Under the pieces are notes generated by a model. That model was given only the letters and a program-made list of their open reading frames with translations, did not search any database and was not told where the DNA came from. A stretch of 64,000 nucleotides of DNA from Fimicolochytrium jonesii (Eukaryota), in contig NW_026515669.1 in NCBI RefSeq assembly GCF_025526975.1, positions 1,488,001 through 1,552,000 on the forward strand, written 5' to 3'. The translations under genes and the position numbers were made by a program. Positions 10,295-21,300 of this stretch are shown piece by piece. How positions within the stretch are numbered: the stretch's first letter is position 1; every line of letters starts with the position of its first letter.

Positions 10295-10851
10295 ATCGTG
10301 GAAAAAGCATGGGGATCTATCAACCACGAAAAAAGGATTCCGTCAGTGTGGAGAAGTGGCGCGCGTTACAAGCCAAGTTACCGAAGATCGAGGCGCATTA
10401 CATCTACTTCCTCAATAAGCTTTCCCCTTACCTCTTGTCTCGCATCAAAAAGCGGGCAAAGGAACTACGCGTGCCCAGCATTTCACAAGCGGAATTCGGC
10501 AACCTCGTTGCAGACGACTCCTTCGCCAGCAATATCACCGCCACATGGGACGACTTTGCCAATAAATTCCACCGCGATAACGACACATCGAAACTCACAT
10601 ATGGAATCTGGTTCCCGGTCTCGAACACAACGGGCAAGCTGAAAAGCAAAGCGGATGGATTTGCCTGTCATGGTGGAGTCTTTGTGAATGCAGACTATCG
10701 TGTATACGTGGACTTTGATGCGTGCGATGGCGTTGTCGAAATCGTTTGGCGAGGGCCTGAGGATGCACACGCAACCACGTCGTCCGTCAGAGGCCAAGAC
10801 TCGAATCGCCTCGGGACCTCCGTTCAAATCAACGAGAAGCTGGCAAAATGA
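10295..10851 (+). pseudogene. Tet/JBP-like 2OG-Fe(II) dioxygenase, 3' exon only
   Basis: FASNITATWDDFANKFHRDND (HxD), TYGIWFP, GGVF, VDFDACDGVVEIVWRG, AHATT (distal His) and RLGTSVQ (2OG-binding Arg). Branch site gctaac and a cag acceptor lie before 10295; no 5' exon is visible. The frame stays open past the TGA to ~10953. Confidence 0.75.
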
Positions 10852-11080
10852 GTCGAACGGTTGTTGCGGGAGGAGGGTGTCGTTGCTGCCGGGCGCGTCC
10901 TTGGGCTTGCTGAGTCTTTAGAACGATTGCAGACATTAGAACGATTGCGCTGACCCATTCTGATTTGTACCGAATACCATAAACTCTACATATATAAAGT
11001 ATGTGCGTTTTGAGAACGGTACGCCGGTCGTAGTGTTTTTACACCTACAAGTCGTATTTTTTACAGCAAAATCCGGGCCT

Positions 11081-11326
11081 GGGGAACCGACGACCTAAAA
11101 GGTCCGAACGTTTCCCCGACAAGCAAATGATGTGAAAACAGATAGATCAGAACAGTTGATCAACGGCCAAATTGGCCCGAATGTGCGGAGAAAAGGGAGT
11201 AAAAGCGATTGAGTGAAGTGAGCACGACGACCTAAAAGGTCCGAGCGGTGCGCAGAAAAGGGAGGTGAGAGTGCACAGTTCGAATAGGAAAAAATAGAAC
11301 CGACGACCTAAAAGGTCCGAGCGGTT
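11081..11326. repeat. Three dispersed copies of a 20-bp hairpin core with variable closing stems
   Basis: cgacgacctaaaaggtccga at 11088-11107, 11225-11244 and 11301-11320. Confidence 0.9.
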
Positions 11327-11399
11327 GTCTCTTGTCGACGCTTACTCGATGGTGTTTGGTGTTATTTTGTGTTTGGTGTATTAGTTTGGTGTTTGGTTG

Positions 11400-14304
11400 T
11401 CAAGCGGTGGCACGAGTTGCCGTTGCGGTTGCAGAACTGGTAGGATGGTTCCGCATTCTTTGCACTTCTTGCCATGTTGGGTGTGGCAGGTAATCTGACA
11501 TCGTCCGTCCGGATGGCGGTTCCGGCAGAACAGTACATGTGGAGATCACCCTTTTCTTGGTTTCGCCCCTGATCATGCCTGAGTGGTACAAGACAACTCC
11601 CTGCGGTTTCTGTGGGATGAAGCTATTTTTGTCAATGACGACGTCCTGTTGGGAGGGACGGCAGAAATGGTGGTCGGTAAGTGTGCAGAGATGACGCTGA
11701 ATCATTAAGATCTCACTGTAGTCTTCAAGTGGACAGTGGTGAAGAACGTGTCAGTGTCCGGTTTGACCGCTAGTTGCGTCTCAAAGCCTCTCGCAAGTGC
11801 CTGGAGAATGAGCTTGCGCTTGTTCGGCGTCGTGATTGATGTGCCATCATCGGTGTTGAGGCCGGCCTCCTTACAGGCTATCAACAACCGACCACTCAAG
11901 TGCTCTGCGAGTTTTAATGATGGCATGTTGATGAACCCCGATCGGCACCACGTCTGTCGAAGTGGGACATGGACTTTCCTATACGCAGCCAACACGTTAA
12001 GGAGTGCGAAGTGATCGCTCGTGTCGTCGATGAACTTCCGGCCTTGAGGGCCCGAGCCCCATACTTGCAGGGCTTCACCACGCTCAAGCGGATCATTTGG
12101 CCATTGCAGGACCGAGGCGCGCTGTTGCAATATTGCCGCCAGATCGCACATATGTCGTCCCACGCCCTTATCACAAGCGTGCCAAAGAGCAGTCGCCAGT
12201 TGAGGGTCAATGGGGAGTCTTGCCACCACAGCACCGACACGAGTGAGTTCCCCTGTCTCCTTCAGGACACCGATGCGTGTCAAAACATCGTTCCCGAGTT
12301 TCCATGATTCCGGCACTGTGCAGTGACAGGTATAAGGACAATTCCCTGGAAGGACCCAGATCTGTAAGAATGCTATACAACTCACCAGGTTGCTTGAACC
12401 AGGGCCAAGGAGCATCCCCCGCAACCCCGCGGTATCCGAATCCTCTGACGCAAAGGACAGCCGATTCGAGTCGCACTTGTTTGACCTCCGCTAAAGATAT
12501 GTCAAGGAAGGGGCCAGAGATGTTATGAATGGGCGGAGCCGATGGAAATAGAGGCGACTTGTGGTGCAGGTTGTTGACAGGTAATGGTATTCAGACCGGA
12601 ACAAGAACTAGAACAAGACTAGGAAGAACTGGTGTTGATCTGCTGGGGGATCAGGAAGTGGGGAGCTCAGGGGAGGCGGCTATTTATGTTTTTCTGGGAA
12701 GGCTGGGGAAGCGTGGGGAAGCAGAAGGGTACGGAATGAGAGGGAAGCCAAGAGAAGCGCCAAGGGTGGGGAAGCATAGAAACAGAAGACTGGGGATGGG
12801 GTGGCTACGCTGAGGCTGTGGGCGGGTACGTGGGGAAGTATGGAGAAGGGTTTGTAAGCGCCGAGTGTTGGGAGGTGTGGCTACGTGCGGCTGCGTGGAG
12901 AAATGAAGGCAGTGGCAGGTGTGGGGTAGCGCAGCTGCGTGCGGCTGCGAGGTTTGGCAGATGTCAGGTTTTGACAGGGAATTGACATTGACTGACTGTT
13001 GGGATGCTGTCATGAGGTAAGCGCATGGTATGGACGCGGCGTCCATAACAAGAGAAGTCTGCCATGCTGAAGCATGGCCAGTAGGCACCGGGACCAGTGC
13101 GACCAGTTCTTCCCGCGCGTTGTTCTGCATCCGCCCTGCTGATGAACTTGGTGCTAAGTTCGTGCAGGCCAGAGCGCGGGTCGAATACCATGATCTTGGC
13201 GGCACCGCAGTCAACCACATGGTCGATGCCCCCAACTGTGAGGGAGGTTTCCGCCACGTTTGTCGCCAAGACAACCTTCCTCTTTCCAGGCTGTGCTCCG
13301 ATCACCCTTTGCTGCACTTCCGTAGGCATCCCGGCGTATAACTTGCCAAGTTTTACGTTTTCAGCGGGGTGGCCAGAGTATTCCATCCAGTTATCGAGAT
13401 CGGCCTCCATGCGGTCAATGTCCTCACGTCCAGGTAGGAACACGAGGATACCTCCAGGAAGAGCTTGCGGTGGCCTAGGCTCGCCTTCCTGGTCGTTATC
13501 TTTGAACTTGAGTATTCTGATAACGTTTGCCAGGGCCCGGGCGTAATACGAGTCCTTCTCCGTCTTTTTCTTCGACAGGTCAAGACCCTCGTTATCATAG
13601 AGCCTCGCGATATTGTGGGGATCATGCCGTATCCGAACCACAGTTGCGCCGAAGAAATAGTCTTTGAACATGTCCAGTGCCCTCTGCATCGTCGCGCTCA
13701 TTATCACGGTGATGAGAGGGTCTCCTCTATCCTTGCGCTTAGCGATTGCGAGTCTCAGTGTAGTCATGAGCATGTCCACGTGCAGGGTGCGGACATGGGC
13801 CTCATCAACCACAATTGCGGCATATTTCGAAAGGAGTGGGTCATTCTGGGCCTCGATGATGAGGATTTGCTCCGTAGCGAAGCAGAGCTTGGTGGTGCCC
13901 TTGGTGTAAGCGGTGTCAGGGCCCGTCTTGTAGCCCACCTCCTGGCCAACTGTCATGTCCATCACTTCTGTGACTCGATTGGCTGTCGCGATGGCCGCGA
14001 CCACACGGGGTTGGCTGCACCCCGTAACCCTGCTTTCGCCCTTTTTAACGACACCGGCATCCCAGAGATACATAAGGATGAAATAGACGAACGCTGTCGT
14101 CTTTCCACTGCCCGTCGGACCCATCACTAGGAATTGAGTGATTCCCGCAGCCAGGTGCGCCAATAACTCATCCCTGTGATCGTAGGCTGGCAAGGTTTCC
14201 CAGCCCGATCGGGCCCGTGTGCGGTGGGTTGGGGTGTGCGGTTTCCCGTTGAATATGTTGGGCTCTTTCCTCTCCAGCATTTGCTGAGCTTCTGCGGTTG
14301 ACAT
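11400..14304 (-). pseudogene. Divergent Prp43/DHX15-like DEAH-box RNA helicase (RecA1, RecA2, HA2, OB), interrupted by a solo LTR
   Basis: GPTGSGKTT, SQPRVVAA, DEAH, SAT, TNVAETSLT, QRAGRTGRTGPG; Prp43-like N-terminus NIFNGKPHT...LPAY; HA2 GELTRVGAVVARLPIDPQLA. Introns at 12316-12385 and ~11646-11715. The frame is restored on removing 12521-13050 plus one TSD. Confidence 0.88.
12521..13050. mobile_element. Solo LTR (530 bp) of an LTR retrotransposon
   Basis: Termini tgttatg...cataaca (TG..CA inverted ends); 5-bp TSD agaga at 12516-20 and 13051-55; no internal coding sequence. Confidence 0.9.
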
Positions 14305-15786
14305 GCTGCTGCTGTTGCCTGGTAGTTGGTGTTGTTGTTATCGCTTGGTGGTTGGTGTGGTATGTGATTGGGGTTGGCGCTGGAGTTGAAGGTGATGTGC
14401 AGGAGTAGTAGGTAAGTGATGAGAGACCTCACAGTGAGAGATTTTCCCTTTGGGGGTGGTATAGGTAGGCTGTTGTGCGAAGCCGTCGCGTTTTTGAATA
14501 TGTGAATCACGAAATATGTGATTCACAAAGTTATGCGCAAGCGCCTCCCATCCGTCCCCAAGCGCGTATACACCACAGTTGTTGGATCGACGATTCCAAC
14601 GCGTTTCAGGAAAGCTACGAGGTGGATGGATGACGGATACGAAGGCACGTACTATACGTATAATATACTATACTCTCCCCCTATCACAACTAGGAGCTCG
14701 CATCTTTCGGCACAACCCCCTTCTGCACCCCCTTCTGCACCCCCTTCTGCACCTCCTCCTACGCCGACATCTCTGCACATCTCTGTTATCTGGTTGGTGG
14801 AATTAAGTACACGAGATTCGTGGGAGGCCATGATTGAAGGAAATTTGTACATTCTTAAAAAGAGGGAATGGGTGGTTTGAGGGGACGGAGGGTTTCGGGC
14901 TTCCGATGGACAAGTGAGCAAGAAGCGCTACAATGTGGTATGAGCGACTTGGTGTGGTATAGTTGGTGGGGTACATTCGCAACGACGATGCTGGTGATGG
15001 TATTTCGCAGGCATAATAGAAAGGCGGTAGCGTAGTAGCTGCATACGACCACAGACTTAAAATGGGCCAGGGAAAGACGACGCAGAACTCACGACGAGAT
15101 CTTGAACTCTGCGGCAAGCAACACATGATCAGAGACGACGTTCGGATTTGGCATGGTATTTCACACACTCCAATCGCGTTCTCATCTTCTCCTCGCCGGT
15201 TGCATTATTGATTGACGGCGCTGAGAATCCGAAACGTTCCGTCTTCTCCTTGTTCCGACAAAGATATAATCGCAATTCTCCTGCACCGCATCATGCCAGG
15301 TGGTAAAGTACGTTGTGGGGTCAATGTAAGGGTGGTAGACGGAGGTGGGGCGGAAAGGACGGCGGACAACTTGAAGGAGCGGCTGGGAGGTGTCATTATT
15401 GTGTCGCCAGGGATTCAGCCGGTGGTGTGCCGGATCAAACGGTTGTAGGAAGGGATAGAACACCAGCCCAGCCAGCGGGCGTCGTCGTCTTCCTCATCCG
15501 ATGATTCTGACGTGGAGTGTTTGGAAGGTGGGCGTCCACATCCGTTGCATCTCCGTCGGTGGACGTCCCGTCGTCACCGTTAGGAGCTCGAGAGCACGCC
15601 GTATCATGTGACATAATGCAGACGACTTCTCATCCGTGTCAGGGTGTCATGGAATGTCTGCCCGCGTTGAATTCACGAACCCGTTTTCTATATTTAGATT
15701 TTTCATCCTTTTTGAATCGTTTTGCACGCTGTAACACGCTTTTTATGTAGTACTGTAAAATGACACCAAAATCTATGATTTCAACC

Positions 15787-17039
15787 TTAACTCTTGCTGT
15801 CCTTGTCCTTGCCCACCTTGGCGAGTTTCTCGACGTTTAACAAAGCCTTCTCGAGTTGAGATGAGAGCGCCTCAACTCTGTCCCTCAGGGACGACACCCG
15901 CTCAGAGACATGTGGGGCGCGGACGTATAGGAGACGCCCGGCTTTTAACAGGCCCCATAAGCACGGAAAATTATAGCCACTCGCTGCGTTGATACGGCGA
16001 ACGACCTCTCTCTCCAGCTCAGGGCTATACGCTTCTGTCAACGCCCAGCCAGCGAAAGCAACCAACTTCAGAACTTCCTGCGCCAGCCAATTGCCCATGG
16101 CCTTGCCTTTGCATTTGGGTATTTTTAGCGAGTGATATCGAAAGATTACAGACGCAAGTTGTATCTCTAACTGTTCCACTTTGTCTGGAATCCACTTCTT
16201 TAAGGTCGTCGCCTCAAAGACCACGTAATACGCCGAGCTTGCTTGGAGTGCTTGCTGGGCGGGGGTGCTGCCAAAAAGATCGTTGGACGATGAAGGGGGC
16301 GAGATTGGGACTGGATATGGCGCACTTGCCGCGCTGTTGAGCGAATTGATAGAGGTTTGCCATGTTGGGACACCAAAGGGTCGGAAATCTTCCGGGGCCG
16401 CAAGTCCACCATGCGCGGACCATGTTGGTGGCTTTGTGGCGTACATAAAAACATCTATCTCCCCAGAGGAAGTTCGCTGCAAACGCTTGGCATAATAGGC
16501 ATCCAAGTGGCTCTGAACGTGGGAGGCGGGCAGCAAAGGTCGGCTAGCGTTAAAGTAGTCGTTCATGTCGCCAAAGCCGACAAGGAAAAAACGCCAGAGA
16601 TTTCGTAGCACAATCCGTCGAGCTTCATTCTCAAAGCCAGCTGTCAGATCGGAGTGCACGGACGCGGCTTCCAAGTGGTCTGCGCGAAAAAAAAAGGCAT
16701 TAACTTGACTGACCAGGTCGTGCACAGGACCTGCAGTTTGCTCTGTGGAAATTATTGCACAGCAAGGACCAGGAAACATTTCATGGACGCCGTGCTGAAC
16801 TTACTTCGAGTTGCGTGCCGGGGATGAAGCAGGGTATATATATAAGTGCCCGCAACGAGACCCCATAAATCTGTTAGGTGTACCTGCTCCAGAGAGTAGA
16901 GCACCTCAGCGTCCCCGCCTGACTTATTCCATTCGTATGCAAGACTTTTTGTGAAGCCGTGGGCCTTTTGAATGCTCTCCAGCCAGGCCACAACAGCTTC
17001 ATTGTTAGCGTCGGTAGGTAGTGCGGAGTCCTTGGGCAT
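15787..17039 (-). CDS. Crinkler-like protein: small helical (SAM-like) header plus putative PD-(D/E)xK REase-fold domain, 396 aa, 2 exons
   Basis: Exons 17039-16805 and 16742-15787 join in frame (1191 nt). Header NNEAVVAWLESI...DAEVLYSLEQVHLTDLWG; nuclease-like E..D..E-x-T spacing in GFENEAR...EIDVF...VFEAT...KVEQLE. Confidence 0.55.
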
Positions 17040-17113
17040 GTCGACTGCGGATTGTAACGATGGAGTAAAAGCAGCGGTCGTCGGGTTCTTATGGTCAAGG
17101 TCAGTGTTTGGAG

Positions 17114-17290
17114 TAGGGCTCCGTCCCGGACGCGTCCCATCCCGGACGTCCCGGTACCCGGTACCGGCCGGGCCGGGTGGCGGGCTGACACATATAAAGC
17201 CCGGCCCATCCCGGTCAGATCCCATGGGACGCCCGGGCCGGTACCCGGGCCGTGGTAAACCCGGCCCATCCCGGACGGGACGGACCCGTA
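17114..17290. mobile_element. hAT-type MITE (177 bp)
   Basis: 8-bp TSD gtttggag at 17106-13 and 17291-98; imperfect TIR tagggctccgtccc / gggacggacccgta; GC-rich subterminal ccgg repeats. Confidence 0.88.
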
Positions 17291-17430
17291 GTTTGGAGGG
17301 GAGTATAACGTGTATTACTGTATGTATGGTTCTTTTTTTTTTTGTAGGCCAGTCACCGGGTGTGATTTTTGTTTTCTTTACCCGTTACCAAATTCTGGGC
17401 GGTTGAACTTGCTGATACCGACTGGCAGTA

Positions 17431-17758
17431 CAGTCACTTCTTGTTTATTTCAACACCGTTGACCCTTGAAATAAGCGAAAGTTGAAATATCTGAAGTCCT
17501 CCTCATACTAAAGGGTATACAAACAGGTACGCAACTAAAACCTACGCTAAGCTGCACTCCCTAGGCTAACCCCATAACCTCCAACCCTTCCTCACTAAGA
17601 GTCTGGCGAGCAATGAACTCTTCAGTGTGCTCAAGCCTCGTGCTCTCAGTGTTGTCAAAGTCAATGTTACCCGAACCCTAACCCTAACCCTAACCCTCTG
17701 ACCGTTAAAATAAGCGGAAGTTGAAGTAACCGGAATTGAAATAAACGAGACGTTACTG
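17431..17758. mobile_element. pogo/Tigger-like MITE (328 bp) containing a (CCCTAA)n tract
   Basis: 23-bp imperfect TIRs: cagtcacttcttgtttatttcaa versus the reverse complement cagtaacgtctcgtttatttcaa. TA on the left flank (right flank is aa); telomere-like repeats at 17669-17697. Confidence 0.75.
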
Positions 17759-18342
17759 AAGTAGTAGGCTTGGGTTGAGGGATTCCCTTTTCTTTTTGTC
17801 CCCAAGTCGCCCCAATCCAATTTTTACCTTAACTTTACTTTGAGACTCGATTTTAGATTCACCTCCATTATTCCGATTACATTATTCTCCTGACCAACAT
17901 GATGGCATACATCCCTCCACTCGCACCTGGCTTCTTCTCGTCAACATGGCACCGATACTACTCTACAATAGGAGATTGTTTACCCCTAACTTTTTCTGGT
18001 CAACTTGGTCCTCGAAGATGCCTTACGTTCCTTCCGTCACGAACAGTGACTGTCAACAAGGCAGGTCAAATTTCCTTTGTTTATCTATAGGGGCTCAGCC
18101 AAAATGGGGGCTCAGCCAAACTGTTGCCAATCCTTCTATGTTGATGTTCCTTCTCGCGACTGCGCTGGTGTTGATGGACACCTTGTTGAAGGACAGTCGA
18201 CCAACTTGTAAGGCCGCCCGCATTGGACAAGCCAACCGCGCAACCCTCTCCCGCGAAGCCCCCCCAACAACCTTCTATATCCGTGACGCCAACGGCACCG
18301 ACCTATTCATCTCCTGTCAGTTGGAAGCAAATCCTAAGCACA

Positions 18343-21300
18343 ATGTCTGCCAAAGGACAGCCAGCCTACGAGCGCCAGCGGCGATCGCCGGTGGAGCGGG
18401 TAAGTGAAGTTGTTCTACATTCAGCACGTATCGCCAAAGTTTGGCTGTACACTCATCAATAAAATAGGCGCTGTTCCAACTTCTCTTCGCCATGACAAAA
18501 GGGGCAGAGTTTCCTCATTCGGTTTCGGTGCTGATCCAAGTTTTTGAGGATCTTCAGGTATCCGATGGTATCAATTCGAACCAAGTGAAAGGAAACATGA
18601 TTAAGTTGTCGTTCCAGTTAATGGCATACTCGCTCAAGCATCATTTGGACGTTCCATACGCGCCACAATGGTTGGCGTCCATTTTACACCCGGCGGACTG
18701 GACGCGAGACAGCTGGGGAGTTTTCGTTCCGGTGTTCTGGCTTTGTTTCGCTGCTACGATGCTTACGACCGGCCTGATGGCATACGTCGCAGTGCAATTT
18801 CAAAGAGGATCGTTCAAATACGTTTGGGTCAGTCTCATCAAAAAAGGGGTTTTCTCGCGCGTATGCCCCTCCTCTTTGACTGATATGAACATCTCTTAGC
18901 CTCTTGCCCTTTTGCGCTATCTTTCCACTCTCCTGACTTCCTTGTTGTTTGAGCCTATGGTGACAATATTTCTCATTGCTCTGCAATGTATCGATTCTCC
19001 CGACGGCACCGGCAAAGTATTCTCCCAGTTTCGCACCGTTTCCTGTAATGGAGCCAACTTATCTGTACTTGCGCTTGGGGTGTTGGGCCTCGCCCTTCTC
19101 ATCCCTCTCGGTCTCCTTATCACTTACGTTTTTGTTGAATGTTCACCGTCGAGCAAGTAAGTCTGACATATTTGGATCGCCGCGAGTCGCCTTGGGGACA
19201 ATACTTACAGCATTCGGCGCTTCTGCAGGAACCCTCATGCAAAGGCGAACGGATATTGTGATCTGGTCTACCTGGTCGTAAAGGTACATTGTGAGGGCTT
19301 TCTTTTCTTTCTCGTTGCGTACTTGACCCTTTCCCTCCGTGCCAGGCATTGTTGGTCGTCATCGAGCACAACTCGACTGCTGACAAACCCTTGGTGGCTC
19401 AATTCTTCCTCCTTCCCATGCTGGTGTACTTTTACTGCCGTTATATGCCATATCTCTCTGAAGACTTTATGCGGTAAATTTTGTGTGTGCGCAAACCTGA
19501 TTGTCTTCAAGTTACTGATTAATTCATATTGTACAGCCTGCGAGTCGGGATTTTCTTAGGGGCATTTCTATCCGCCATAATCAGCTACATCACATATCAG
19601 ATAGGCGTCCACGATTCCCCGGCCCCGCTAGTGATGATCATTTTATCTGTCCCAATCGGGCTGGCCCTAGGGCGAGGACTTCTGATGTTTTCGAAGAACA
19701 TCATTATCCGCCGGATTATGCGCAACTTGAAGATCAAGATGGAGCATGATTCTCAGGATGCAGAGAGTGGAAAGCTGGACCGTCCGAAGCGCCGTGGGTC
19801 GTTGATGAGATCGATGACAATAGATGAAAATAACGGAGTCGGAACAACTCCCCGACACAAAGGTTCAATCACCCTTGAGAATAGTTCCGGCAAGCTAACC
19901 GCACTCCATGCCGTGGGACATTTTCAAACGATAGCGGCAAGGAAGCTTGTGGAGCCGGCCCCTGTCTTCCATAGTGCTTTGGAGCCAGAAATTGCTTGTC
20001 GCTTTCTTCGGGGAGCTGTATGCGACTCTTCAGCGTTAGAGATCATGCATGCGGTGTTCCGTGAAGCGATCAGTCAATTCCCTACATCGGCGGTGAATCT
20101 TAGCTACACGTATTACCTTGCAACCTACGACCAAGGGAACCCCGCCGCGGCCATGCATTTGGAAGCCGCCAAAACTCTCTCGCCCCCGTTCGACGTTCGT
20201 TTCCGGATATTTGCGGAGGAGCGGGAGCATGAGCAGGAAACTCGAGCCGATGATCTCTCAACTAGGTTAGGCGAGTAATCCTCAAGTACGTCGGGCAAGG
20301 CTGTTCCTTACCAACTGCCGCTTCTCCCCACCACAGCGCTTTTGACGTGGCCAGCTATGTTGAATATAAAAGTCTCGAGCACCACGCAATAACATCGCAC
20401 TTACGCTCTCTGATGTGTCTCAAAGTGTTCTGGCAAGGTCTCCTGTCCGACCAGGTCAACTCAAACACCGTCGCGGCATACCTGGACACCATGCACACGA
20501 CACAAGGCAGTGCGTCATCCGCTTATAAGAAGTTGATAGAAAGATTTCCCTCATCCAAGCAGATTCTGCGTCTCTATGCGAAATACTTGCTCACAGTGGA
20601 AAACAATGCCGAGCTTTCTGCTCAACTCCTCAGTCAAGCAGAAGATATTGAGTTCCGTGAGCAAAGAGACGTTCGGCAGCGTCTCGAAGGACCTAATGGC
20701 ATTCTACCCGCAGCCAATTCAGCAGGCTATCCCTCTCCACCCGCTGTCAACTATCCCGAAATCGCCGGATCTATGATGAGCGACAAGGGTACGACTGGGC
20801 GATTCCACCCAAGTCTCTCCAAGGTGATTGGCTCGACCGCCCACGAGTCCGTGGGCTTCGCCGGTGCTGCTTCGGGACGGAGCATGGAAATCTCGGACGA
20901 TGAGGAGTCAGGCCGCGGGTACCAGAATGCCCGTGTGACACATTTTCCAGAAGAAGAGATCGAACCTCCGACGGCGAAAATAGCAAAAGTCTCGATCAAG
21001 CCTGAGGTTTCCAGCGCTGGGCTATCCTTAGCATCGTACAACGATGAAGCTGGAGGAGGACCAGAAGCGGAGGCCGTACCCCGTCACAAGGTTGGCGGGG
21101 CGCGCTCTACAACATCATCTGCCACATCCAACAAAGACATCCGAAAGATGAGGGCGGAGAAGATGCGCATGATGGAGAATCTCTCAACGCAAATTCGGCG
21201 TTATATTCTCTATGAGCGCTTGTGGCTTCTGGTTCTTTTGGGACTCATCATTGCGAACTACGACAGATCGCTGCAAATGTTTCAGGCCCCGGACACGTTT

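Noticed and set aside
11081..11326. CRISPR array or hammerhead ribozymes
   Set aside because: Only three copies with very unequal gaps, and no CUGANGA/GAAA core arrangement on either strand.
14650..15750. Short ORFs between the helicase and the Crinkler-like gene
   Set aside because: No recognisable motifs; they may be a decayed gene but a call cannot be supported.
17669..17697. True telomere or chromosome end
   Set aside because: Only about four units, internal, and enclosed by MITE TIRs.
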